A DNA stretch of 64,000 bases from Podarcis erhardii (Eukaryota). Location of the stretch: assembly GCA_964252035.1 (NCBI GenBank), contig OZ176213.1; one strand, 5' to 3'. Positions 43,835 to 56,899 of the stretch are shown one piece after another. The stretch's first letter is position 1. The number at the start of each line of letters is the position of its first letter. Below the pieces are notes generated by a model. The model saw nothing but the letters and a program-made list of their open reading frames with translations. It did not search any database and was not told the origin of the DNA. Position numbers and translations under genes: made by a program.

Positions 43835-46800
43835 AGTCACTGGGCAAAGAGGCTGAGGGTCACCTCTGCTTATGCCCTGTGGGATGCTGTTCAGCTGTTG
43901 AAACCCAAGGTGGTGGACAATGTTCTCAAAGGAGTTTGTCTTGGCTAGGGCTAGGCGATATATTGTTCAAAACTGGTTTGAAGTCCATATCATGATATTA
44001 TATTGTTTTCATAGTTTTTGACCTGGATTCAATATGTTGTGAGAGTGTGTGTGTGTGTGTGTGTTATGCAAAAATCACAACATGGGAAAAACTGTGAAGC
44101 CAGCCAGTGCATCTATATATCTCCATCCGTATTTCAGACATTGTGATATATCAGAATATTAAGATGTTTAGCTGATGGTATATCACAAAGTTGAAAACCA
44201 GATATTACCCAGCCCTACTGTTCGCCTCTACATAGTTTCATCTTTATTTCAGACATCATTATATATTGGTATATCACAATCTTTAACTGGTGATATATCA
44301 CAATGTTGAAAACCAGATATCAGCCAGCCTTAGCCTTGGTGCCTGCCAGCTTGATTCTTGGCCATCTTTACCTATAACAGGTAGCTGGAGGGGACCACTT
44401 GGCTGGCAGGCCCAAGAGACCATTATTAATGGAGGTGCCTCCTTGTGTGAACCGGCAGTGGCAGGTGACTGACCAAGGAAGCCTCTGCAGGGGGGAGAGT
44501 TCCTTTCTGGGCCAGGTGCTCAAGCAGGTGCATTGTCTGTGTGCAGGTCCAAGTGGGGTCAGGAATGCAGTTCCACAGCCCTTCCCCACCACAGTTGATC
44601 TTATTAATTCCTTATGAGCCATCCTTGGCAGTTATTTGTTGAAAGGCAGGCATGCAATCAAGCGTAAAAAATAAAAAACTAGAACTGGGTGGTCTCTTTC
44701 CCAACTCACGTCCTTTCCCCCCAAACCTCCTGCTTGTAGGTGGATGGAGGCCTGCCTCAGTGAAGAGCTGCCCCCCACAACGGAGCTGGAGGAGGGGCTC
44801 AGGAATGGGGTCTACCTGGCCAAACTTGGAAACTTTTTCTCCCCCAAAGTGGTGTCTCTCAAGAAGATCTACGACCGGGAACAGACCAGGTATAAGGTAG
44901 GCAAGCATTTTTCTTCTGTAATGAAGCATCTCGCGGGGGCAGAAATAAGCAGTCGGCCCAACTGCAGCTGCTGGAAAGCCCAGAGCAGGATATATGAGAA
45001 GATGTGTTACAGTTGGTGTGCCCCGATTTTTATTTCGTTTTCTGAGAATTGGTGCATGGCTTTTCACTAGCAATAAGAAAGTATGTGAATAGTCTCAGTT
45101 TCGTTTGTTGATCACAGAAAGTCTTCCTTAGATGAGAGCATGGGATGCTTTCTGAAGGCCCTTGCAGCTACGGTGAGGCTCAGGCGGCAGCTTTTGCACA
45201 GAAATGTGTCAACACAACTCCCACCCCCACCCCAAATCCCTGGCTTCTGGGGTGAAGGGAGCTGATCCACCTGAACACAGTCTTCCTGTGTGCATGATGC
45301 TTCTTCGTTGTTTTATTTATTTACTTATTTTATTACCTGCCCTTCACCCTAAGGTCAGGTTACAATACTAAAACACAATACTGAAAGCAGTTTTAAAGAA
45401 ACTTACAATGCACCTTCCTTCACATCTCCCGCTTCTTCCTCTGCGTTTCAGGCTACAGGCCTCCACTTCCGGCATACAGACAACGTGATTCAGTGGCTGA
45501 ATGCAATGGCAGAGATTGGCCTCCCCAAGGTAACTTTGCTTGGACTGGAAACAGTCTTTGAAGGTTGGGGAGGGGGGTGGCAGAAGAATTAGGCACATGG
45601 GAACCAAGGCTGGAGCACTCCAAACCACTTTACCTCTTCACTCCAGGTTCTTGGCATAGTCGTCATCTTTCTCCCTCCTGCCAACTCTTCCTTGGGGTGC
45701 TGCAGAGTGCCCCCTCTCTTCTCCCTGTTCCCCCCTCCCCACAAAAGAACTGAGCTTGTGGGCACAGTGGAGGAGTGAGCTTTGGGGAAACGGTTGCTCT
45801 GTTTTGCTCTGCCAAGCATGTGGAGGACTCAGTGGGCCTCTTTTTCTTTGCATTCAGATTTTTTACCCAGAAACAACAGACATCTATGACCGGAAGAACA
45901 TGCCACGCTGCATCTACTGCATTCACGCACTCAGGTAATCACACAGGTGCAGGTGAGGCGATCCAACAGATGATGTTTTGAGGCTGGAAGAAACATCCTT
46001 GCCCACCCCTTTCTCTCTGTCTCTTAGAAAGGTAACCAGCATCAGCAGTCTGCTTCCCAGCAGAATCAGTCAGTTCTCACTTTCCTTGCTTTGTTGGCAA
46101 GGAAATGCATACTGCCTACTTAAACCCCATCTGGGCTTACATTATGTTTGTTGATTCTATCAAAAATTAAGCCACGCACCCATAGTTCCTGCCTGGAAAA
46201 CTGAACATGCTAACGCTAACAAGGCTATACAGTATTAGTTTCTAGGGTGGCCAGAAAAGAAATTAAACTTTTCCTGCCTCGGTCCTGAATCAGTTGTGCT
46301 AACATCAGCATGGATAGGTGATTAATCCTGCCCCCTGCAGAACGATTCCCCCCCCCTCCGTTTCTGTCATGGTGAGAAGCTATTCCCTGGAATTTAGGGA
46401 GTCTCTCTGCTTCTAATTTGCCCTGTTCTGACAGGGGGAGATCTTCTATGTGCAGAAGACTTAAGGGCAAGAGGCAACTTGAATCTAAAAGTCACAAGAG
46501 GAAGAGATCTGACAAATTTCCTTCGAACAGCATTTCTGTGTCTTCTCCTTTAATCTCCCCCAGGAGTTTTTATTATTATTATTTTATTATTTATTGAATT
46601 TGTATACCGCCCTTCATCTGAAGATCTCAGGAGGTTCACAGCATAAAAGCAGTACAAAAACTCAAAATGCATAATAAAAGCAAGAGAAAGAACAAACCAA
46701 CTCCCCCCCCCCACCTGATCGTCCTTTATTTTTCCTCAGTTTGTACCTGTTCAAGTTGGGATTGGCCCCGCAGATTCAAGACCTGTATGGCAAAGTGGAC

Positions 46801-49800
46801 TTCACAGGTGAGGGGAGCTCCTGCCTTCCTGTCTTTGGGTCGGCCATGGAGGAAGTGTCTCAAGTTTTTGTTTTTAGAAAGGGCACCGTCTGGCTATTGG
46901 GTTGGACAGCAGAGCCTCCCTTTGCATTCTGTTAAAGATCAAACCCCAGACTTGGAGCAGGCCTTGCCGTTCTCGAGTGGGGGCCTTCCCAGGTGCTATC
47001 TCCTCCACCAGTGGCTGGACCTGTCACTGGGATTTGTGGATGGCAGGGGGGAAGGAGATGGGGAAATACCTGGCTGCCTTTTTGTTGAACCCTTGGCTGG
47101 CTGGCTGGCTTTACCAGGTATTTTCAAAAGGGCAGATGGGCATATCCTGGGGCTCACCTGCTGGTCCTTTTCCATTGTGCTATTCCAGAGGAGGAAATCA
47201 GCAACATGAGGCTCGAGCTGGAGAAGTATGGGATTCAGATGCCTGCCTTTGGAAAGATTGGTGGGATTTTGGCCAACGAGCTCTCTGTGGATGAAGCAGC
47301 ACGTAAGAGGAAATGGGTTTCACTCTTTTCGGGTTGGTTGTGTGAGACAGAGCATTAATCTATTGGAAGAATTAAATATGATGGAAGGGATTCGGTCTGT
47401 AAAAGTGGCAGAGGTTTTATATCATGCAGGTCCTGGAGGTTGCCTTCTGAGATGAGCACCTGTTTTGCAGCCACGGGTGCTTGCCAGTGTTCTGCCAGAG
47501 TTCCTGTTCTCTGCCCAAGTGCCCACATTCTCCTCCCAAGAAAAGGAAGGGGCTTGGGCTTGTGGGGTTGGGTTGCTCATTGAGCATCTCCAGGGCTGTG
47601 ACTGACCAGAGCCTGTGCCTGGTGTTCCCTCCAGTGCATGCGGCTGTGATTGCAATCAACGACGCCATCGACCGCCAGATTCCTGTTGAAACATTTGCGG
47701 CAATGAGGAACCCCAATGCCATGTTGGTGAATCTGGAAGAGCCCCTCGCACCCACCTACCAGAGCACCCTGTACCAGGCAAAGCGGGACAAGACAGAAAA
47801 TGCACGGAACAAGGTAGAGTTTATTTTGTATACCGCCGAATGACCCAAACCTCTGTGAGGTTTGCATGTGGCTCTTTCTGCTCCATATTGTGGAAGTGCT
47901 TAGACCTGCAGCTGGAGAGATTGCTTTGATGGCTTCGACCCACAGCTGCCTCAGGGTAGAGCAGGCTTGCCACAAGGTGAAAGCTCTGTCTTGTGGGGAG
48001 GAAAGGCTTGCTGTGCCCTGCTCTTCTCTTGCACCTCTCCAGGGCATGTGCTTGAATGAGTGCAGTGCCAGGACCTGCCGATGCACATGCCGCATTATGC
48101 TTTTGAATTAAAATAGGAAAAGTCTCTTTGCCTAGGAATCGGGACTTGCATGGAACTTGGCAGGAAAGTGACCTAAGCCAAATTTCTTTCTTTCTGTCTG
48201 TCTGCAAACCAGACTGTGATAGTTAACACACAGCTTTTCCTGTAAAGCTCAAAGCAGTAAGGAAAGTGTGATTAAATTGTAACTCTCCCCAGGCCACCCC
48301 CCCTCCTAAGCCACATGCCTCCCCAGTCCAGTTTACTCTCCTTGAGTGTTTTTGTCTGGTAGGAGGTGCGCTTGATGTCTGGCAATGCAAACTCTAGGTT
48401 TGTGTAGTAACTAGCCTACTGTGAACTGTGCAGAGGTGAAATTTGCATCAGTTGTTCCACCCACTTTTGCCTCTGGCCCTGTGCACTGCTGGTATGTGGC
48501 CTCTGGAAGATTGCCCAGATAGGAATGCAGCCTTCAGTTTAGAAATGCTCCCTGACACTGCAGTAGATTGATTGAATACACGTTTGCAGCGTTGGGATGC
48601 GGCTCTGAAAGCTGGTATTGCCTTGCAGCCACGTGGCTTGCACAAGATGCCTCAGTCATTTCTTGCTAGTTGTTTGGGAATGTGCCTCTGGCAGTGCTGC
48701 TTGGTCTGGGAGGAGAATGGGGGGGACAGGGAATGTTCCCTTTCACTGCAGGAACTCGGTGTTGAGTCTCCAAGCGCCTTCCTGCTTTTGGGCAGTGGGG
48801 AGGAAGGCCTAGAGGCCCTTGCAGCAGTGTCTCCACGTGGGTCTAGTGCATCCGTCAACCTGTTTAGCCCCATGCCAGTGCCTTGGAAGCTTTTGCTGCC
48901 ACCCCCCAAAGGCAGCTCCTGTCCTGACTGCTGTTTTCTCCCTTCTTCCTTCAGATTGCCTCTGAGGATATGGAAAGGGAAAGGGATGTGTATGAAGAGC
49001 TGCTGACTCAAGCAGAGATCCAGGGCAACGTCAACAAAGTCAACAGTAAGCCCATCACCCCCATCCTAGCCCTCCTGGCTTCTTTATGAGACACTCTTTG
49101 CCCAAGAAGCTCCTTTAGGAAGCAGAAAATCCCATCTCTGGGTGCCCCCCCCAAAAAAACTACGCTCCAACACCATCCTTCTATGTGGGCTCCATTTGCC
49201 TCATGAATATGCTTGAGATGCCGAACTAGAGACTTAGCTGGGAGTAAGCAGCAGGATGGGGGAGGCAAAGTGCCAGAAGAGACCATCCTCTGTCCATATT
49301 GCCACTCCCTCCCCCACTGGCTTCTAGAACCTTCTGTTGTGCTCTGGGACATCTCAGGCATGGGGAGCATTTGGGGTTCTGCATGGGGTGGTGGAGGTGA
49401 AGAAGCCCTTCTGAGGAGGCCTACCCAAGGCCAGCTCCGTCTAGCTTTCCTTCTCTTTCTCTCTCTCCTCAGCCCACTCGGCCTTGTCCAAGATCGACCT
49501 GATTCTGGACCAAGGAGACGCTGCCGCATTGTACGCTGTCCTGTCATCGGCAGCCTTGGGTCTCCGGGGGCTGCGGCCGGAGAACAGCGAATGGTACCTG
49601 AAGCAGCTTCTGAGGGACAAGCAGCAGAAGCTGGAGGTAGGGGAGCCAGCGGGTGGGTGGTCCTGGTGCCTGGCTCGCAAGGAGCTCCTTCCGCTGGTGT
49701 GCAGTTGGCACCCAGGATGTCTTAAGGACCAACAACACATTCAGCCGCATATCACAGACCCTGTGAATACATGGTGGCCCTGAGCAACTATTAAGTTTTT

Positions 49801-52800
49801 GTTCAGCATTGGCCACTGGCTTCCTAATCCGGTTGGCCTGACCTATTCATGGTCTCTTCCCCAAGAGCAAACTTCCTGTTCTGCTTTGAGATACTGCCCA
49901 GCTGCTGCTCTCCATGTTTGGCCAAGCACTGGGAATTGTGGGAGGCGTTGCACAGAATGCTGCTGCCGCCTCTTCCACTTTCCCGGTCATGAATAAGGGG
50001 GTCAGCAGAAAGGAAATAAAGGGAGGTTCTGGATCTGCCGGGGCTGTTTGAGGCAGTGCAGATAAGTCTACTCTTTCCCACCTCAGGCCGGCAGAGCTGG
50101 GCCCTTGCAGAAGGAGGAGCTGCAGGCCGGGGTGGACGTGGCAAACGGCATGGCTCAGCAGTACCAGCAGAGTAAGTTCTCCTCCGTGGGGCCCCTGCAG
50201 TTTGGGTTTTGCAGCTGGACAGGGCAGGCCTTTCTTGTGCTTCAACTGGAAAGCAAGTCCTCTCTTCACCCCTCCGCCCTCCCTTCCTGCAGGTTCTGAG
50301 GGGTGTCTGGGCAGGGGGCTGTCCTCCCACCCAGTTTTCTTGTGACTGCTGTGAGAGCAACCTCCCCAGCTTCACTTTCCCTCCCATTAAGAACACACCA
50401 TCTCACTCTTGCTTTCTTTATTAATCCCCTCCTCATCTTTTTCAACTTTCATTTGTTTAATGCGGCTGTGGCTGGCACACCCTTCCATTTCCCCTCCCCT
50501 GTGGCCCAGGTGCCCTTGGGCATCTTTCCCTTGGGATGTACTGGCACTGCTGGGTGGGGTCAAGTCCTTCCCTCCTGCTACATTACTCCCTGAGGGAGGA
50601 ACCTCAGGTGAAGCATTGTCCCTGTTGTGAAAAAAGCAGTCCTGCAGCCCCAAGGAACCTGATGCCTTGGGCTCTGCTGTGGTTGAAGTGGACATTTTCC
50701 TCGTGAGGGGAAGGCATGGTGCTTTGCTGTCCGCTGCTTGAAGCAGCCAGATCTCCTTGCTCACTCTGTCCATTTGGAAGAGGAAGAAGCAGGTCAGCCT
50801 GGCATCCTCCCTAGGAGTTGCTCTCGGGGGCCAGCAACCTGCCACCACTGTTATTCTTCTTGGTGCACCTGGCTTGCTCCTGGCAAAGGTGGGTGCACCC
50901 CTGCTGGTACGCCCAGCAGCCTCCAGGGAAGCAAAAGCTTCAGCCTCTCACCTTTCCTTCCTCTCTCCTTGGGCTCTCAGGATTGGCAGCCGTGGGGAGG
51001 ATCAACACAGCCATCCGCAACGGCCTCGCTGAGAAGACAGTGGTGGAACTGATGAACCCCGAGGCCCAGCTGCCTCCAGTCTATCCATTTGCTGCTGAGC
51101 TGTACCAGAAGGAACTGGCCACCCTGCAACAGCAGAGTCCGGACGTAAGTCCCTTGAAGGGTTTTGCTGATGGTTTGCTTTTAAGGTGCCCTTGTGAGAC
51201 GTTGTTTGGGCATTCCTGCCAGGCCTGTGTGCATCCGTGAGAAATGCATGTTTTCTACCGCGAGTCAAGGAGCTGGCTGCAGCTCCCTATTGCATGTGTA
51301 TGCAGTGAGGAACATGACCCGTGCAGGATGTGGGATGTGAACTTGACAAGAAGCTCTTCCATGAGCTACATGCACAAGCATGCCGGCCACTCTGCCTCCC
51401 AGGGGCACCTTCATCCTTCTCTCCTCCTGCAGCATCACTGGGACTTCATGCTGGGATGAGCATTTGGGGAAGGTGGATCAAGCTGTGCCCGGGGCGGGGA
51501 GGGGGGGGGGCGCTGCTTGGCTGGCTGGCTGAACTTGGCAGTGCAGGAATGGGGAGTGATGAGGTTTTCTCCTACCATTTGCTTTTGAAATACCTCTGGT
51601 ATTTTTGCCGATGTGATCTGGGCTTTTTCCTCTTGTCCATGTCTACTTCATGTGCACAAGCAGATCCCTCCAAGTCAGGCTTTCAGCCTGGCCTTCAAGG
51701 GATATTGCAGAATGCTTCTTTTGCTCAGCTTTCCCAGAGAGGAAGAAATGATAAGAACATTGAAATTGTTGACCCGGACCCAGATCCCTCCCCTCCACCG
51801 GACATTCTGCCAGTGGAGTTTAGCCAGTACCACCCCCCCTGAGGCCTTGCAGTCCTGGCCTCCCTTCCCAGGCTCCCTTTCCCCACTTTGTGTGGTCAGC
51901 ACGATCCTCTTTCTCTGTCTCCTCAGGGTCACCTCACACACCCAGAACTGTCGGTGGCTGTGGAGATGCTCTCTTCAGTGGCCCTCATCAACCGAGCTCT
52001 GGACTCCGGGGATGTCAACATGGTCTGGAAGCAGCTGAGCAGCTCAGTGACGGGTCTGACAAATGTCGAGGATGAAAACTCCCAGAGGTCAGACCCCCCA
52101 CCTCCCTCCACAACACACCCACCAGCCTTTCTCTCTTGCTGCTGATGGCCGAAATGGGAGGAGACGAAGGAAATGGGACCTGTTAGGCTCTCTGGCATCG
52201 TGATCCAGAGTCCTCTGAGTCCCAAGTGGAGGCTCTGGGGATGGACCAGAGGGCCCAACAGCACCTCCAATGGCCAGTAGGAAGGAAGTGACGAGTGGTT
52301 TCCAGGAAGTGGGGTAGAAATAGTGATTGGACAGTTCTGGCCTGTGAGAGCCCCTTTTGAGGCTCTGGCTTTTGGACCCTCAGGGTTAGGCATGGGGAGC
52401 AGGCCTTGAAGGGTTTCCTGCAGGCAAACCCCTTTGCATTCATGTGCTCCAAATCATTGCCACTGGGAATGGTGCCTTTTGCGCAGGCCTTCCACTTCCT
52501 TCATCTCCTGTGGCTTTGCCTGCGCCTTCATGTTTTGTTCTTTCAGCGGCCAGCCCCTTGACATGTGCTGTCTTGACTCTCGGCAGATACATTGAGGACT
52601 TGCTGAAGCTGAAGAGTCAGGCACGGAGCGAAAGGGCAGAGTTCATCACCTGGAATGACATCCAGTCGTGCGTTGACCGGGTGAACGTGGCAGTGCACGA
52701 AGAGCATGAGCGTAAGTGGCTCTCGGGGTGTGGAAGCTTCCCGGGGGGGACGCCCTTGTTGCCCAGGCCTCCGTCCAAGCCCCATCAGGGCTAGTCGGTG

Positions 52801-55800
52801 GCTTGGGATCCGAAAGCCCTGCATTGGTCCTGTTGGTGCCATGACTGGGTGGGCAGGACTTCTTAGTGAGCCTGAGATCACTGGTGAAATCAAGGCGCCA
52901 TTCTGGGAATGGATGCAAAGGCAGCAAAGCACAGAAGGAGATATTCAGAGGTGGAGTATGTGTCTTTTGTGTGGCCAATGGCTAGTTCAACTGGTGGCCA
53001 CGCAAGAAAGTTTTCTAGCCCAGGCTCTCATAGGTTCATCAGGTGGTTGCCTTATCTATAAAAGTATCAGATCAACAGGAAGTTGTGGGCTGAAAATAAC
53101 ACGGTGCAACCCCAAACACTTGGGATGCTAACCAGGCAAGACAGCATGCCAGGATGTGCTGTTGAAAGTCTGGCCCATCTTGTCTTCCCTGTGCCCTCGG
53201 CCTCTGTTAGGGTGAGGTCAGTGTCTCCCTTGAGGGAGAAGACGGTGCTCCTCCTCCTCAGGGGCAGGAGAATGGTAGGACCTCCTTCAGCCCGGGAACG
53301 TCAGCAAGGGCGAAGTGGGTCTCATCAGAGGGAGGCAGTTCCTCCAGGGTCCAGCATCTCTTGTGTTCAGCAGGTGCTTCCGTCGCTCTGAGGAACAAGA
53401 TGCCAGAGGCCTTGTCAGGTTTTAGCTGCCTTGAACTCAGCCAGTCCGATTAGGGTTTTTATGGCTGGTGTATGGTTTTAACAACGTCTTCTATAGCTCT
53501 ATAAATTCATATTTCGGGCTAGTATTGTACGATGACTTTTGTAATTTGTTTTATATTTTAATACTGCGTGAAAGCCACCTTGGGAAAGTGGTTTCCGTAA
53601 AGGGTGGCATATAAGCCTTTAGAGGGAATAAACGGCAAAGTCAGCCCTCCCTGCCTGCTCCCCTCTGTGGGCTCTTCCAGTCAACCCTGGCTGCTCCCTC
53701 AGCCCTTTCAGTAAACTGGGGAGTGCTTTTCCCTTCCTTTCCTGGCCTCGTCCTCAGGTGCCTGGCCTAACAGTTGCAGTGTGTGGGCCAGCAGAGAGCA
53801 GCAGCAGAAGGTCTACCGGGTGGTGCCTCATGTGCCCCTAGAGATCCCCCTGCCTTCATCCTTCCTTTCTGTCCTGTTTGTTCCAGGGATCTTGGCAATC
53901 GGGCTCATCAACGAGGCTTTGGACGAAGGAGATGCGAGGAAGACCTTGCAGGCACTACAGATTCCTGCAGCAAAGCTGGAGGGGGTCACCCCCAAAGTAG
54001 CACAGCATTACCAAGATGTGCTGCTCCGCACCAAGAGGGAGAAAGCTCAGGTGTGTTGGGCATCCCTCCCTGCATCCAGGGGTGGGGAGGTTTTCACTGT
54101 CTGACTCCTCCGCTGGGAGTGTTCCACAGCCCCATACTTTAGCGGGGCCAGGCCAGATAACCTGGGCCGTCCTTCGACGCCCAGGGAGGATGGCCGTGAT
54201 GCCTCTGTTGGCTCTCAGGGGCCTTTGAGTGGCCTCCTGTGTGTGCACTGTCAAGGTGTGCAACTTCTGCTGCAACTTTGGGGTCCGCTTTGGCCCATCA
54301 ATAAAATATTTGTATGGAATGTTGATGTTTATTAATAGCATTGCTTGTCCCCAACTCCCTTTATGTTCATGAGCTTCTGTTGAGTCTCGTTTGGCCCATC
54401 AGGAAAATTTCTGGTTCTCTGAGGGCAGGGGAGCCAGAGACCCGGCCAATCTCCTTCCACCCACTTAGAGCAAGGGGTAGCCAATATGGTGCCCTCAGGA
54501 TACTGTTGGACTCCAACTTCCATCAGCCCTTGCCAGCAAGGCCGATGGTCAGGGATGATGGCAGGAGCTGCCACCATCCCTTTCGAAGAGAGTATTTCAC
54601 TCTTCATCAGTGCTTCGTTCGAGGCAAGCTGGACAGGGTTCCATTTAGCTAAATGGATTTTAGTTTAAAACTGAGCCAGTCTGTAGGTGGAGGCAAATGT
54701 TGCTTTGCACTCCAGTCATCTAGCGTGTCTAAATTGGACTGGCTGAGACTGGAGTGGGCTGGGAAGATTGAGAGGCAAAGCAGGCCTTTTGCCCCTCCCC
54801 TGGGTATGATATCCTCTCTTTGGTTTGGCTTCAGTTTCTCTGCTGAGGGTGAACCTTGTTTTGCTTTCCTTTCAGGAAACTCGGGATGAAACGGCTGTCC
54901 TCTGGCTGGATGAAATCCAGGGAGGTGTTCTGCAATCAAACAGGGACACAGAGGAAGCCCAGCGCTGTGAGTCTCCCTGTCGTCTTTTCAGCAGTTTTTT
55001 TTGGGGGGGGGGTGGGCTGCCAATCTCTGTTCCCATCTAAAGATGCAACCATGCCAGTGGTGTGGGAAGCAGGTTCTGTTCGTTTGAACATTGGCATTTC
55101 TCTTGGTCATGCTTCCCAGAAGCCTGCTTCTTAATACCCAACTGGCATTAGGGTCATTTTAGCCCTTGGGTTCAAGGATGTCTCTGTTTCATCTCTTGGG
55201 AGGTTGCAGGTCTAAGTTAGTAGCCTGAGACCTCCTTGTAAAATGGCCAGTGTTCACTGTGGTGTTTAATAATAATTCATTATTTATACCCCGCCCATCT
55301 GGCTGGGTTTCCCCAGCCACTCTGGGCGGCTTCTAACAAAACACTAAAATACAACAACCTATTAAACATTAAAACTTCCCTAAACAGGGCTGCCTTCAGA
55401 TGTCTTCTAAAAGTTTGGTAGTTATTTTTCTCTTTGACATCTGGTGGGAGGGCGTTCTACAGGGTGAGTGCCACTACCGAGAAGGCCCTCTGCCTGGTTC
55501 CCTGTAACTTGACTTCTCGCAGCGAGGGAACCGCCAGAAGGCCCTCGGCGCTGGACCTCAGTGTCTGGGTAGAACGATGGAGGTGGAGACGTTTATTTTT
55601 GTAGCCGCTCAGACTCTCCTCTACCCTCTCCCTGTGTTTTGGCCTGAGTCTCTGCAGAGGTCGCAAGGGCTTCTCTTGCTTTTATCTCAGTTGCCGTAGG
55701 GATCCTGGCCATCAACGAGGCAGTGGACCAAGGAGATGTTGGGGTGACCCTGGGCTGCCTGCGTTCAGCTGATGTAGGGCTGTATGGCGTGACCCCAGAG

Positions 55801-56852
55801 TGTGCAGACACGTACCAGGAGGAGCTGGCGGAAGTCAAGAGGACGAAACTGGCAGCAGGTGAAGGCGGGGGCTGGAGAGGAATGGGGGCTGTGGTCTGCA
55901 TGGGCCTGGACTGGCGGAGGGGAGAGGCTGTGTTGACAGCTAGGCTGTCTTTGGCCATCCAGGCCAGCTTTGCCTCCTCTCCCTGCTCTGCTCCTACCCG
56001 AGTACTTGCCTGGCAGTGTCTGCACACATTGTGCCACAGAGCCCCACGGTTCCTCCTCACGGAGGCAGAGAAGAAGGGCTTCTTTGTCCACCTCCCCACG
56101 ACATCCCGTTTCTTCCAGGAGACAACGGCAGTGAGTGGGTGAAGCACTGGGTGAAGGGAGGCTACCATTATTACCATAACCTGAGGACCAAAGAAGGAAG
56201 CTGGGAAGAGCCCCAGGGAGGATTTGTGCCAAATAACACACAGCTCTCCCGGGAGGATATCCAGGTATGTTGCGCACGTGCCGCCTCCTCTAGTCCTCAT
56301 CACCACAAGTCAGGGCCAAGTGCCTCTTGACCTGGTCAGTGCAAGGGAGGGGTGTCATCGCAGGGTATCAAGCTTGTTTTGCCCCCTCTCAAGTGATCCT
56401 TGATTTCCTTTGCTCAGTCACTGACATGTGCAAGGCCCTTTATGACTTCAGGGGGCAGCTTTGGGTGCTTCTGCTGCAAGATTTTTTCTCGCTATTTCTT
56501 TAAAACACAACTATGATAGGAGTGGAAAAGTGGGACCCACTTCCTTGACTTGGCAGGAATACCACCTGCCATTTGGTTCTTCCCCTCCTTTCCAGCTGCT
56601 CATTATAAAAGCTATTACGTAACTTTAGCAATGGGTCTTAAGTTTGCTGGTTTTCTTCCTCCCTCCCCATCCCGTTTTCCTTTTGTGCCAAGTCTATTAG
56701 ATTGTAAGCCTGTGGGCACAGCCTGCTTTTCTAATCTTGGTACAATGCCTGGAAAACTAAGGTAGTAGCTATATGAGATAGTTGCAGCAAAAAGAATAGC
56801 CTTGTAGTACCTTAAACACTAAGAAATGTATTATGGCATAAACCAGGTGCTT

Positions 56853-56899
<47 letters not shown>

